Position numbers and translations under genes: made by a program. The notes under the pieces were generated by a model, which was not told where the DNA came from, made no database searches, and saw only the letters and a program-made list of their open reading frames with translations. A stretch of DNA of 64,000 bases from Burkholderiales bacterium (lineage in GTDB: Bacteria; Patescibacteriota; Minisyncoccia; Phycocordibacterales; UBA9973): assembly GCA_023701005.1 (NCBI GenBank), contig JAMPXW010000002.1:177167-241166 (forward strand), read 5' to 3'. Position 1 is the stretch's first letter. Every line of letters begins with the position of its first letter. Below are positions 19,284 to 28,272 of this stretch, one piece after another.

Positions 19284-19739
19284 ATGATATACATGACATT
19301 AGATTTTTGGGGGCTTTTTATTTTAATCTCTGGTTTCATTATTGGACTCGGAGCAGTGACCGTAATTGATATCCATGGTTTTCTAGGAAGAAAATCATCT
19401 TATTGGACAGAAGCAACCACACGAACGCACAAGGTGACAAAACCAATGATTTGGATAGGTATCACTTTAGCAATTGTTGGTGGTTTTATTTTTTATCATG
19501 ATTCCATATTTATAGGGATACCCATGTTGCATGCTTTCATGGCTCTCGGACTTATATTAAATGGGTATTTTCTTTCTTTTAAAGTCAGCCCCTTCATACT
19601 ACAAAGAGAAAAAGAAAATCGCTCAGGAGAATTGTTGCCTTCCTCGTGGCAAAAGAAAATTACAATAAGTCTCATCATTTCTGATATTTTATGGTGGGGA
19701 GGACTTATTTTGCTAGTCGCTTATATAACACAAAAATAA
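19284..19739 (+). CDS. Four-TM hypothetical membrane protein
   Basis: GLGAVTVID motif; hydrophobic helices. Confidence 0.7.
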   Translation: MIYMTLDFWGLFILISGFIIGLGAVTVIDIHGFLGRKSSYWTEATTRTHKVTKPMIWIGITLAIVGGFIFYHDSIFIGIPMLHAFMALGLILNGYFLSFKVSPFILQREKENRSGELLPSSWQKKITISLIISDILWWGGLILLVAYITQK

Positions 19740-19803
19740 AACCATTCGAGTTTTTTAAACTTTTTTTGATATAATTAACCTATTATAAATAATCAACAAA
19801 ATT

Positions 19804-19965
19804 ATGGAAAAAATTAAAATAGAAAATCATACTTTAACTGGTGGAGTTTGGTTTGCAGCCTGGCTCTTTACTATTGGTTTCTTAAATCTAACTTTCTGGA
19901 AAGGTGTCCTCGCTGTCGTAGCTTGGCCGTACTTTTTAGGAGTTCATTTCTCTACATTATTTTAA
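19804..19965 (+). CDS. Small membrane protein (53 aa), paralogue of 15110..15289
   Basis: Not in the ORF track. MEKIKIENHTLTGGVWFAAWLFTIGFLNLTFWKGVLAVVAWPYFLGVHF. Confidence 0.8.
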   Translation: MEKIKIENHTLTGGVWFAAWLFTIGFLNLTFWKGVLAVVAWPYFLGVHFSTLF

Positions 19966-19992
19966 TAATTATTAACTAAAATAAAATTAATT

Positions 19993-20388
19993 ATGGAAAC
20001 ATTTTTAACAAACGCAGTGCCAACAAGCAAAGGAAAGATTTTTTTGAATACTGTTTTCTGGGGATTTATTCTTTGGCTTTTTGGTTATATTTTAGGATTT
20101 GTATTCTTTGCTATCGCTCCGAAAGAATTAATCGGATGGTATATCTTACCTTTCGGTGTCGCTTTCACTCTCTTTGTGTTAATCAAAAGAGTGTCAAGAA
20201 GTGAATTTGGATGTTATTTTGGGCTTGGACTCATCTGGACAATAATGGCAATCGTTTTAGATTATTTTTTGCTAATCAAAATGTTGAATGCAACTAATTA
20301 TTACAAAATCGATGTATATATTTACTATATATTAACTTTCATTCTACCACTTCTCGTCGGTTGGTATAAATTTAAAAAAAATAATTAA
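19993..20388 (+). CDS. Four-TM hypothetical membrane protein
   Basis: Hydrophobic ORF with LDY and YYKIDVYIYY motifs. Confidence 0.7.
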   Translation: METFLTNAVPTSKGKIFLNTVFWGFILWLFGYILGFVFFAIAPKELIGWYILPFGVAFTLFVLIKRVSRSEFGCYFGLGLIWTIMAIVLDYFLLIKMLNATNYYKIDVYIYYILTFILPLLVGWYKFKKNN

Positions 20389-20392
20389 TATT

Positions 20393-20686
20393 ATGAAAAA
20401 ACCATTTTTGTATTCATTAGCAGCAGCTTTATATATCGTGCTTCTGGTATCCGTCATGAGCCTCTCATCTTCAATGATGCCCAAAGAGGATAATATTTTC
20501 ATGCCGATGCTTGCACTGAGTTTGCTCGTACTCTCAGCTCTCGTTATGGCATTCTTATTTTTATCTGAACCTGTAAAACTTTACCTAGAAGACCAAAAGA
20601 AAGAGGCTTTCTCTTTTTTCACTAAGATGATCGCTTGTTTCGCTTGTTTTGTAATCATTTTCCTAATTTTAGTTTTCATCTTTTAA
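20393..20686 (+). CDS. Three-TM hypothetical protein
   Basis: Hydrophobic ORF; P..LYL...KKEA. Confidence 0.7.
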   Translation: MKKPFLYSLAAALYIVLLVSVMSLSSSMMPKEDNIFMPMLALSLLVLSALVMAFLFLSEPVKLYLEDQKKEAFSFFTKMIACFACFVIIFLILVFIF

Positions 20687-20693
20687 AACTTAC

Positions 20694-20732
20694 ATACAAA
20701 AAGCCGGACGCCTGGCGTCCGGCTTTTTGTAT
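20694..20732. terminator. REP-like hairpin acting as bidirectional terminator
   Basis: ATACAAAAAGCCGGACGCC-T-GGCGTCCGGCTTTTTGTAT, a perfect inverted repeat between convergent genes. Confidence 0.7.
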
Positions 20733-20737
20733 TTTAT

Positions 20738-20977
20738 TTATTTACTTAACAATTCATCAAAAGCATCTGGCTGAAAACCTACAATGATATTTCCATCAAT
20801 ATCTATAACTGGCACACCCATTTGCCCACTTTTCTTTACCATTTCCTCTCCTGCAGCTCTATCTAGCCCAACATTTTTATCTTCAAAGGCTACACCTTTT
20901 TCTTTTAAATATTCTTTTGCATAAACACAATACGGACAAGTGGTAGTGGAATAAACTATAACTTTATGATCTTTCAT
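20738..20977 (-). CDS. Glutaredoxin-like (NrdH/YruB) protein
   Basis: CPYC, GQMGVPVI and GF motifs. Confidence 0.92.
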   Translation of the reverse strand: MKDHKVIVYSTTTCPYCVYAKEYLKEKGVAFEDKNVGLDRAAGEEMVKKSGQMGVPVIDIDGNIIVGFQPDAFDELLSK

Positions 20978-21026
20978 ATATTTTTTTAGTAGAATAAACT
21001 ACTTTAATTAAAATTAATAATAATAT

Positions 21027-21299
21027 TTATTTATATTTACAAATAAACTTTTTCAAATCTTTTACAAAAGGCTTTCCAGGTAATTTATAACAAATTCTTT
21101 TACCTTCTCGTGTCGACAAAACGAGGCCTTCTTTCGACATAGCTTGTAAATGATGAGAAGCCAATGCCACACTCATTTTTAAACTTCCTGCTATATCAGA
21201 TACACAAACCTTTTTATGATTAAAGATAAGACAGAGAATTTTTAATCTATTCTCATCCCCTGCTGTACGCATTAATCTGGCTAATTCATTCAAACGCAT
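21027..21299 (-). CDS. ArsR/SmtB-family regulator
   Basis: DENRLKIL, CVSDIA, SHHL and REGKRICY motifs. Confidence 0.9.
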   Translation of the reverse strand: MRLNELARLMRTAGDENRLKILCLIFNHKKVCVSDIAGSLKMSVALASHHLQAMSKEGLVLSTREGKRICYKLPGKPFVKDLKKFICKYK

Positions 21300-21309
21300 A
21301 TTTGAATGA
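21286..21309. promoter_or_regulatory. Probable ArsR autoregulatory operator
   Basis: TCATTCAAA-N6-TTTGAATGA spans the arsR start codon and -10 element. Confidence 0.55.
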
Positions 21310-21418
21310 TATACTAAAGAAAAATAATTGTCAACTATTTCAAATGAAAGAAAAATACCCCCTAGGTTGTATTAATAATAGAAGGTCGATTTAACATTAA
21401 AATTAAACAACAAATACA

Positions 21419-21820
21419 ATGAATAATACAAAGAAAATGTTTTTAGGATTAGGAGTTTTGACAGTAATATTAGGCCTCGGAGCATTAGCAAATAGTGCAA
21501 GTGCCTACAAGGGAAATCCTTCCGTGAAAGGTCCAAATTACTCAGCAGAACGCCACACACTTATGGAAAAAGCTTTTGAGACTAATGATTACAATGCTTG
21601 GAAAAGTCTGATGCAAGGTAAAGGTAGAGTGACACAAGTCATTAATAAAGATAACTTTGCAAAATTTGCAGAAGCACATAGATTGGCTGAAAAGGGAGAT
21701 CTAGCCGGAGCCCAAAAAATAAGACAAGAATTGGGTCTAAATAATGGAGCTAATCAAAATCAAAAAGCAAACAATGGTTTTGGAAGAGGAATGAATAGAG
21801 GAAATGGTCTTAATCGTTAA
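21419..21820 (+). CDS. Small secreted helical protein next to the ECF sigma factor
   Basis: Signal peptide; DYNAWK...NFAKFAEAH...ELGL; Gly/Asn-rich tail. Confidence 0.75.
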   Translation: MNNTKKMFLGLGVLTVILGLGALANSASAYKGNPSVKGPNYSAERHTLMEKAFETNDYNAWKSLMQGKGRVTQVINKDNFAKFAEAHRLAEKGDLAGAQKIRQELGLNNGANQNQKANNGFGRGMNRGNGLNR

Positions 21821-21829
21821 TTAATAACA

Positions 21830-21863
21830 AATACATTGCCCCGAAAAATCGGGGTTTATGTAT
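21830..21863 (+). terminator. Hairpin, probable terminator
   Basis: GCCCCGA-AAAA-TCGGGGT extended by AATACAT/ATGTATT. Confidence 0.45.
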
Positions 21864-21893
21864 TTTAAATTGAAATACTGTTAATATTAATAT

Positions 21894-22436
21894 ATGAAAG
21901 CAAATGAAGAATTATCAGACGAAGAAATAATAGAAAAAGTCAGAACATCTGATAAAGATCTTTATGCTTTGATAATCAATAGATATCAAAAGAAACTTAT
22001 ACGTTATGCAAATAATCTAATAAAAAATGAGGAAAAAGCGATAGATATAGTGCAGGAATCTTTCATCAAAGCTTTTATTAATTTAAATAGTTTTGATACA
22101 AAGAAAAAATTTTCTAGTTGGATTTATCGCATAGTGCATAATCAAGTTGAAAATATAAGAAAAAAATACAAACAAGAAACTCCTCTATTAGAAGAATGGG
22201 ATTTTGAAAGCAAAGATGATATTGAAAAAGACTTCGAACAAAAAGAGACAATAGAAAAAGTAGAAAAATGTTTAAAAGAAATACCTTTAATATATTCTGA
22301 ACCAATTTCTCTTTATTATATTGATGAAAAATCATATGAAGAAATAAGCGATATTTTAAAAATTCCAATGGGCACCGTCGCAACCCGCATTAATAGAGCA
22401 AAAATAATAATTAAAAAGATATGTCAAAAGAACTAA
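21894..22436 (+). CDS. ECF sigma-70 factor
   Basis: DIVQESFIKA, FSSWIYRI and SYEEISDILKIPMGTVATRINRA motifs. Confidence 0.93.
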   Translation: MKANEELSDEEIIEKVRTSDKDLYALIINRYQKKLIRYANNLIKNEEKAIDIVQESFIKAFINLNSFDTKKKFSSWIYRIVHNQVENIRKKYKQETPLLEEWDFESKDDIEKDFEQKETIEKVEKCLKEIPLIYSEPISLYYIDEKSYEEISDILKIPMGTVATRINRAKIIIKKICQKN

Positions 22437-22900
22437 ATATTACAGAAAATGTAATGCAACAAATAAATGAAGGTAAAATAAAAATGAAACCTCGCATATA
22501 TTTCATCGCTGGTTCTATTTTGACTTTCGTTGGATTGGTATTTTCAATTACAACTTCCATTTTTTTAATTAATTTAATAAAATTTTATTTCCGTACTCAT
22601 GGCAAAATGGCAGAATACCGTTTTGAACAAATGTTGGCAAATTTCCCATGGTGGACAGCTCTATTTGCTATCGTCACTCTCCTTTTAGGAATATGGTTAA
22701 TAAAAAAATATGAGTTTTCATATAAGAAAAAACCTTTTTTGATAATCATTGGATTCGTCTTGGCTATAATTTTTGTAGGTATTTTTGTAGATATAGCAGG
22801 TTTTAATGATTCAATAATTCGTAAAAACGGCAAAATGAAAAATATGATGAATGGATATTATCCTAAGGGTTATTTAAATGAAATAAGACCTAATAGATAA
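22421..22900 (+). CDS. Three-TM protein, putative anti-sigma factor
   Basis: Overlaps the sigma gene stop codon; three TM helices. Confidence 0.6.
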   Translation: MSKELNITENVMQQINEGKIKMKPRIYFIAGSILTFVGLVFSITTSIFLINLIKFYFRTHGKMAEYRFEQMLANFPWWTALFAIVTLLLGIWLIKKYEFSYKKKPFLIIIGFVLAIIFVGIFVDIAGFNDSIIRKNGKMKNMMNGYYPKGYLNEIRPNR

Positions 22901-22945
22901 ATCTAATGAAGTAAATAATTAAGAAAAATGCTACAATAGTTTTTA

Positions 22946-23815
22946 ATGAAACGGACAGAAACTGCAGTAAAAACTATATATTTCAGCATCTTTGGAAGCA
23001 TGGCTCTCGCCACTATAAAATGGATAGCTGGAATTTTTGGTAATTCTTATGCACTTATAGCTGATGCCATAGAATCCACGACTGATATATTATCTTCGCT
23101 ACTCGTATTGTTTGGAATTAAATATTCAAGTAAACCAGCAGACAAAGAACATCCATATGGACACGGCAGAGCTGAACCACTCATAACATTCCTAGTGGTC
23201 TGTTTTCTCGTAGCTTCTGCTTCTATTATCATCTATCACAGTATAGAAAATATAAAAACTCCTCATAAACTTCCAGAAACATGGACGCTATTTTTTCTTT
23301 TAGCAATAATAATCTGGAAAGAAGCTTCTTATCGTTTAGTTTTAAAGAAAAGCAAAGAGACAAATAGTTCATCTCTCAAGGCAGACGCTTGGCACCATAG
23401 AAGCGACGCCATCACCTCAGTGGCTGCATTTATTGGTATATCTGTAGCATTGATATTAGGCGAGGGTTATGAATATATGGATGATTATGCAGCTTTATTT
23501 GCAGCAGGATTTATTTTATATAATAGTTATTTAATTTTTAGACCTGCCCTAGGAGAAATAATGGATGAACACTTACATCATGATTTGGAAAATGAAATAA
23601 GAAAAGTCTCATTGGAAGTAGAAGGAATATTGGGTACAGAAAAATGTTTAATTAGAAAAACTGGAATGTATTATCATGTAGATCTACATGCAATAGTAAA
23701 TGCAGAAATAACAGTAAAAGAAGGTCATGATATATCTCATAAACTAAAAAAAACTTTACAAGAAAAGATAGAAGGTATCGGCAATGTACTTATACACATA
23801 GAACCAAAAGAATAA
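22946..23815 (+). CDS. Cation diffusion facilitator (FieF-like) transporter
   Basis: ADAIES, HPYGHGRAE, HHRSD and HIEP motifs. Confidence 0.93.
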   Translation: MKRTETAVKTIYFSIFGSMALATIKWIAGIFGNSYALIADAIESTTDILSSLLVLFGIKYSSKPADKEHPYGHGRAEPLITFLVVCFLVASASIIIYHSIENIKTPHKLPETWTLFFLLAIIIWKEASYRLVLKKSKETNSSSLKADAWHHRSDAITSVAAFIGISVALILGEGYEYMDDYAALFAAGFILYNSYLIFRPALGEIMDEHLHHDLENEIRKVSLEVEGILGTEKCLIRKTGMYYHVDLHAIVNAEITVKEGHDISHKLKKTLQEKIEGIGNVLIHIEPKE

Positions 23816-23837
23816 ACTGTTATAATGACAATACAAT

Positions 23838-24224
23838 ATGTTTAAATTACCCCAAATCTTAAGATACATAATAGCTGGAAGTACAGCCACCCTCGCCAAC
23901 TTAGAAACTATTTATATATGCGTAAATTATTTCCATTTATGGTATCTCATTTCCGCAGCCATAGCCTTTTGTGTCGGCGTCATCACAAGCTATGTGCTTC
24001 AAAGATTTTTCACTTTCGAAGAAAACCCTAAAACAAATACACAAAAACAATTTTCTCATTTTTTTATTTTTGCTTTAGTCATGCTCGGTTTAAACACATT
24101 GTTGGTGTATGTTTTTGTTGATATAATCAACATCTGGTATCTTTTATCACAGGCATTGGCATCTCTTATCATCGCTTTCTTGAATTATATTTATTTTAGT
24201 AAAGTTATTTTTAATAAATCTTAA
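23838..24224 (+). CDS. GtrA-family protein
   Basis: RYIIAG start; four TM helices; adjacent to a GT2 gene. Confidence 0.85.
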   Translation: MFKLPQILRYIIAGSTATLANLETIYICVNYFHLWYLISAAIAFCVGVITSYVLQRFFTFEENPKTNTQKQFSHFFIFALVMLGLNTLLVYVFVDIINIWYLLSQALASLIIAFLNYIYFSKVIFNKS

Positions 24225-24227
24225 ATT

Positions 24228-24959
24228 ATGTATAAAGGTAAAAAAGTCATAATAGTATTGCCAGCATTAAATGCAGAATCTACTTTGGAGCAGACAATAA
24301 ATGACGTACCGAAAGATATAGTAGATGAAATCATTTTAGTAGATGATGGTAGTACAGACAACACTGTAAAACTCGCTAGAGAGCTAGGTTTGGAAGTGCA
24401 TGTTCATCACAAAAACATGGGCTATGGGGCAAATCAAAAAACATGCTACAAAATAGCTTTAGAAAAAGGCGCAGACATTATCGTCATGTTACATCCAGAT
24501 TATCAATATGATCCTAAAATCATAAAATATTTAGTAAGCTTCATCGAAGAAAATTATTGTGATGTAATGCTCGGTTCTCGTATTAGATCCAGAAAAGAAG
24601 CATTGGCGGGAGGTATGCCACTTTATAAATATTTCTCAAATCGATTTCTTACTTTCTGTGAAAATGTTTTAAGTGGATACAACCTATCTGAATGGCACAC
24701 CGGAATGAGAGCATACAAGAAAGAAGTCTTAGAAAATATAGATTTTAAGAAAAATTCCAACGATTTCGTTTTCGATTCTCAAGTTTTATTCCAAATAATA
24801 GAAAAAGGTTATCGCATTGGAGATATCCCCGTCCCTGTCAGATATCACAAAGAAGCTTCATCTATAAATTTCAAAAGAAGTTTGAAATACGGTTTACTCA
24901 CTTTGCTCGTTGCTTTTACATTTTTCTTAAAAAATTTATTTAAGAGGGATGAAAAATAA
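24228..24959 (+). CDS. GT2 glycosyltransferase (polyprenol-phosphate-sugar synthase-like)
   Basis: [18 protein letters not shown] and GSR motifs. Confidence 0.9.
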   Translation: MYKGKKVIIVLPALNAESTLEQTINDVPKDIVDEIILVDDGSTDNTVKLARELGLEVHVHHKNMGYGANQKTCYKIALEKGADIIVMLHPDYQYDPKIIKYLVSFIEENYCDVMLGSRIRSRKEALAGGMPLYKYFSNRFLTFCENVLSGYNLSEWHTGMRAYKKEVLENIDFKKNSNDFVFDSQVLFQIIEKGYRIGDIPVPVRYHKEASSINFKRSLKYGLLTLLVAFTFFLKNLFKRDEK

Positions 24960-26496
24960 ATTCTTAAAAATTTCTTTAGTAATAATCTTCATATCTTTTT
25001 TTATCCTTTTTAATTGGAATTCTTTTTCTGCGCCTTTTGAAAGAGACGAAGGAGAATATGCATATTCAGCATGGCTTATGAGAACAGACAGAATTCCTTA
25101 TCAAGATTCATTCCTCCAGAAACCACCACTCATCATATACACATACCTCATGGGGCAATACATAAATCCTATATCCGTATGGCCACCTAGATTTTTGGCT
25201 AGCATCTTCACTCTTTTCACCGCATTTTTAATTTATCTAATAGCAAAAAAAGAATGGGGCGTACATGCTGGCATATTTGCTGTATTTTTATTTATATCTC
25301 TTGTGCATTTTCCACCTCTAACACCTTTTGCCGCTAATACAGAAAAATTCATGTTACTACCACTCGTCTCGCTACTCGCTCTCTTTGTCTATTATAAAGA
25401 CAGCAACAAAAATTGGCCCTATGTTTTGGCCGGGATATCTGCCACTTTGGCTATATTTTACAAACCTATATCTCTACCTGTCGTACTCTTTATAATTTTA
25501 TTTTGGCTATTTAAAATTTACCGTTTAGATATTTCTAAAAAAATATCTAACTTACTCAGACCATTCTTTTTAATTCTTTCTTCTTCTATTATCCTCAGTT
25601 TCATTCTCTTAATCCCATTTTTGAAAGTATTGCCAAACTTATTTCAAGAATCAATAATATTTAATCTATCTTATGCTAGTGTATTTGATAATCCTTTTTC
25701 TAATTTATTAAAATATTTAGGAAAATTTTTACATTATTGGTGGATACTATTATTCCTCTTACTTGGTTTTGTCTTTGAAAAACCAAAAAATATCTTTTAT
25801 TATTTTTTATTATTGATAATCTCTATATTAACAATATTCTCGACTCCTATCGGACATTATTATCTGATCATTATGCCATTCCTCGCATTGTGCTGTGCTT
25901 CTTTGTTTGATTCTCTACTTAATTCACTAGCAAAAAATGAAAAACAAAAAACAATTTCAACAATAATATTTTTACCTATTATTTTATTTATTATGATCAT
26001 CCCATTCAAGGAACAATTTTCTTTTAATCCCCAACAACTTTCTATATGGATGTATGGCACCGTAAATCCTTTCAGTGAATCACAAGAAGTCGCCAAACAT
26101 TTGAAAGAAATAACAAAAGATGATGACTTGGTGTTTGTCGCTGGCTCAGAACCTCAGATTTATTATTATGCTCAAAGAAAAAGTATTTCCCGTTTTATAA
26201 TCACCTACCCTTTGAATATGCCCACACCATATAGAGAAGAGTACCAGAAAGAATTGATGTCAGAATTTGAGAAAAATCCACCGAAGGCCATAATCTTGTC
26301 TACAAGAGAGATTAGTAACTTATGGGATGAAAAAAGTCCTAAAATTTTTATAAATTATTTTAATGATTTAATTTCAAAAAATTATAATATAATAGGGGGA
26401 TACGTTTGGGAAACAAATGAGAAAGGACATTGGCAAGAACCGCTAGATCCTAAACTATTACAAAATGCCAGTCTAATATTATTAAGTAAAAAATAG
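24949..26496 (+). CDS. GT-C glycosyltransferase (ArnT/PMT-like)
   Basis: ERDEGEY and KPPL motifs; many TM helices. Confidence 0.82.
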   Translation: MKNKFLKISLVIIFISFFILFNWNSFSAPFERDEGEYAYSAWLMRTDRIPYQDSFLQKPPLIIYTYLMGQYINPISVWPPRFLASIFTLFTAFLIYLIAKKEWGVHAGIFAVFLFISLVHFPPLTPFAANTEKFMLLPLVSLLALFVYYKDSNKNWPYVLAGISATLAIFYKPISLPVVLFIILFWLFKIYRLDISKKISNLLRPFFLILSSSIILSFILLIPFLKVLPNLFQESIIFNLSYASVFDNPFSNLLKYLGKFLHYWWILLFLLLGFVFEKPKNIFYYFLLLIISILTIFSTPIGHYYLIIMPFLALCCASLFDSLLNSLAKNEKQKTISTIIFLPIILFIMIIPFKEQFSFNPQQLSIWMYGTVNPFSESQEVAKHLKEITKDDDLVFVAGSEPQIYYYAQRKSISRFIITYPLNMPTPYREEYQKELMSEFEKNPPKAIILSTREISNLWDEKSPKIFINYFNDLISKNYNIIGGYVWETNEKGHWQEPLDPKLLQNASLILLSKK

Positions 26497-26498
26497 AT

Positions 26499-28181
26499 AT
26501 GAAAGAGCAAAACGTAGAAGACATATCATTCTTAAAAGATTTAAAGCCATTTTTATGGATAATAATTACTGGTTTTGTCCTTTATTTACAGGCATTTTTC
26601 TTTGATTTTTCTTACTTAGATGACAACAATCTAATTTTGGATAATCAATTCTTCCTAAGTAAGCTTTCTAATATATTTCAATCTTTTTCTATCGATGTAT
26701 TTCATATTTTCAACCACTCCGCTTTTTATTACAGACCAATGCTCACCATATCTTTCATCCTCGACCATCAGCTCGGAGGAATATCCCCTTTCATATATCA
26801 TTTCACAAGTGTACTTTTACATATATTGTCTACTTGTCTGTTGTTTATATTTTTCAAAAAATTAAACTATCGAAAAGACTTATCTTTTCTTTTTTCAATG
26901 TTATTTTTGGTACATCCTGTATTGACGCAAGCCGTCGTTTGGATACCAGGGAGGAATGATTCACTTTTAGCAGTATTTTTACTAACGACTTTCATATTTT
27001 TTATAAAACATCTGAAGGAAGAAAAAGGATACAACTTACTCTGGGCTCTACTATTCTTTGGACTATCACTCTTTACTAAAGAATCTGCAATCTTTGCTTT
27101 TCCTATATTACTTTTCTACTTATTATTCTTTTACAAAAAAGAAAACAAATTACCTTTCAAAAAATTCTATTTCTTTTTCGGATCTATTTTACTTTCTATA
27201 ATTTGGTTTTTATCTAGAAGCTATGTATTGAGAGATTCTACGCCTGCGACTTTACCAAATATGATAAAGTCAGTTTATTTCAACTTCCCTGCTGTCATTC
27301 AATTCTTCGGTAAAATCTTTTTACCATTCAATCTGAGTGTCTTACCGATAATGCAAGATACGACTTTTATATACGGAATAATTTCTATAATACTTTTAGG
27401 GATAATCTTTTTCCTTACAAAAAATAAGCGTTGGAATTTTATTATTTTCGGTTTCACTTGGTTCTTTGCATTTTTATTACCATCTTTTATACGTCCAAAT
27501 CCATTTCTTCCTGCTGATTTTATAGAACATAGACTCTACGTTCCCATCATTGGTATTTTTATAATTCTTTTAGAAACAGATTTTATAAAAAAAATAGATT
27601 TAAAGAAAAAAACTTATCTAATAATATCAGGGTCATTATTACTTTTATTCTGCGTCATAACTCTCGTTCATAGCAGAAATTTTGTAAATAAAATAGCTTT
27701 TTGGGAAAATGCTGCCAAAAATTCACCCAATTATCCTTTGTCTCACAGGAATTTAGGGGCAATGTATTATCTAGATAAAAGAATGGATGAAGCAGAAAAA
27801 GAGTTCAAAAACGCCTTAGAATTAAACCCAACAGAAGAAATGGCACATAACAATTTAGGTCTTGTATACCTTAGCAAGGGTATGTTAAAAGAAGCAGAAG
27901 AAGAATACATTAAAGAATTAGAAGTAAATCCAAATTATGACAATGCATATTTCAATCTTGGATTATTATATTGGCAACAAAAAAAATATAAAGAAGCAGC
28001 AGATAATTGGCAAAAGACTTTAGCAATAAATGAAGGTTATGTAGATGCTTACAATGCTTTGATGATATATAACTACCAAGAAAAGAATTATAAAGAAATG
28101 GAACTTTATGCTTTTGAAGTTTACAAAAGAGGGGGCCAAATACCAGACGAAATTTTGGAAATCCTAAAAAACATAAACTAA
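26499..28181 (+). CDS. TMTC-like GT-C protein with C-terminal TPR repeats
   Basis: LDD, YYRP, HPV, GRND, KE and HRLYVP motifs; AHNNLG-type TPRs. Confidence 0.82.
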   Translation: MKEQNVEDISFLKDLKPFLWIIITGFVLYLQAFFFDFSYLDDNNLILDNQFFLSKLSNIFQSFSIDVFHIFNHSAFYYRPMLTISFILDHQLGGISPFIYHFTSVLLHILSTCLLFIFFKKLNYRKDLSFLFSMLFLVHPVLTQAVVWIPGRNDSLLAVFLLTTFIFFIKHLKEEKGYNLLWALLFFGLSLFTKESAIFAFPILLFYLLFFYKKENKLPFKKFYFFFGSILLSIIWFLSRSYVLRDSTPATLPNMIKSVYFNFPAVIQFFGKIFLPFNLSVLPIMQDTTFIYGIISIILLGIIFFLTKNKRWNFIIFGFTWFFAFLLPSFIRPNPFLPADFIEHRLYVPIIGIFIILLETDFIKKIDLKKKTYLIISGSLLLLFCVITLVHSRNFVNKIAFWENAAKNSPNYPLSHRNLGAMYYLDKRMDEAEKEFKNALELNPTEEMAHNNLGLVYLSKGMLKEAEEEYIKELEVNPNYDNAYFNLGLLYWQQKKYKEAADNWQKTLAINEGYVDAYNALMIYNYQEKNYKEMELYAFEVYKRGGQIPDEILEILKNIN

Positions 28182-28272
28182 AACTTTTTTCGGCATACGC
28201 AATATTATTTTCGTTAACCACATTCAAGTTCGAGTGCGAGCCGTGAAAAAGTATTATTTTATGTTTTTTATT

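Noticed and set aside
17706-19778. Classical integron or dif-module array
   Set aside because: No RYYYAAC...GTTRRRY attC hairpins, no intI, and no match to XerC/XerD arms.
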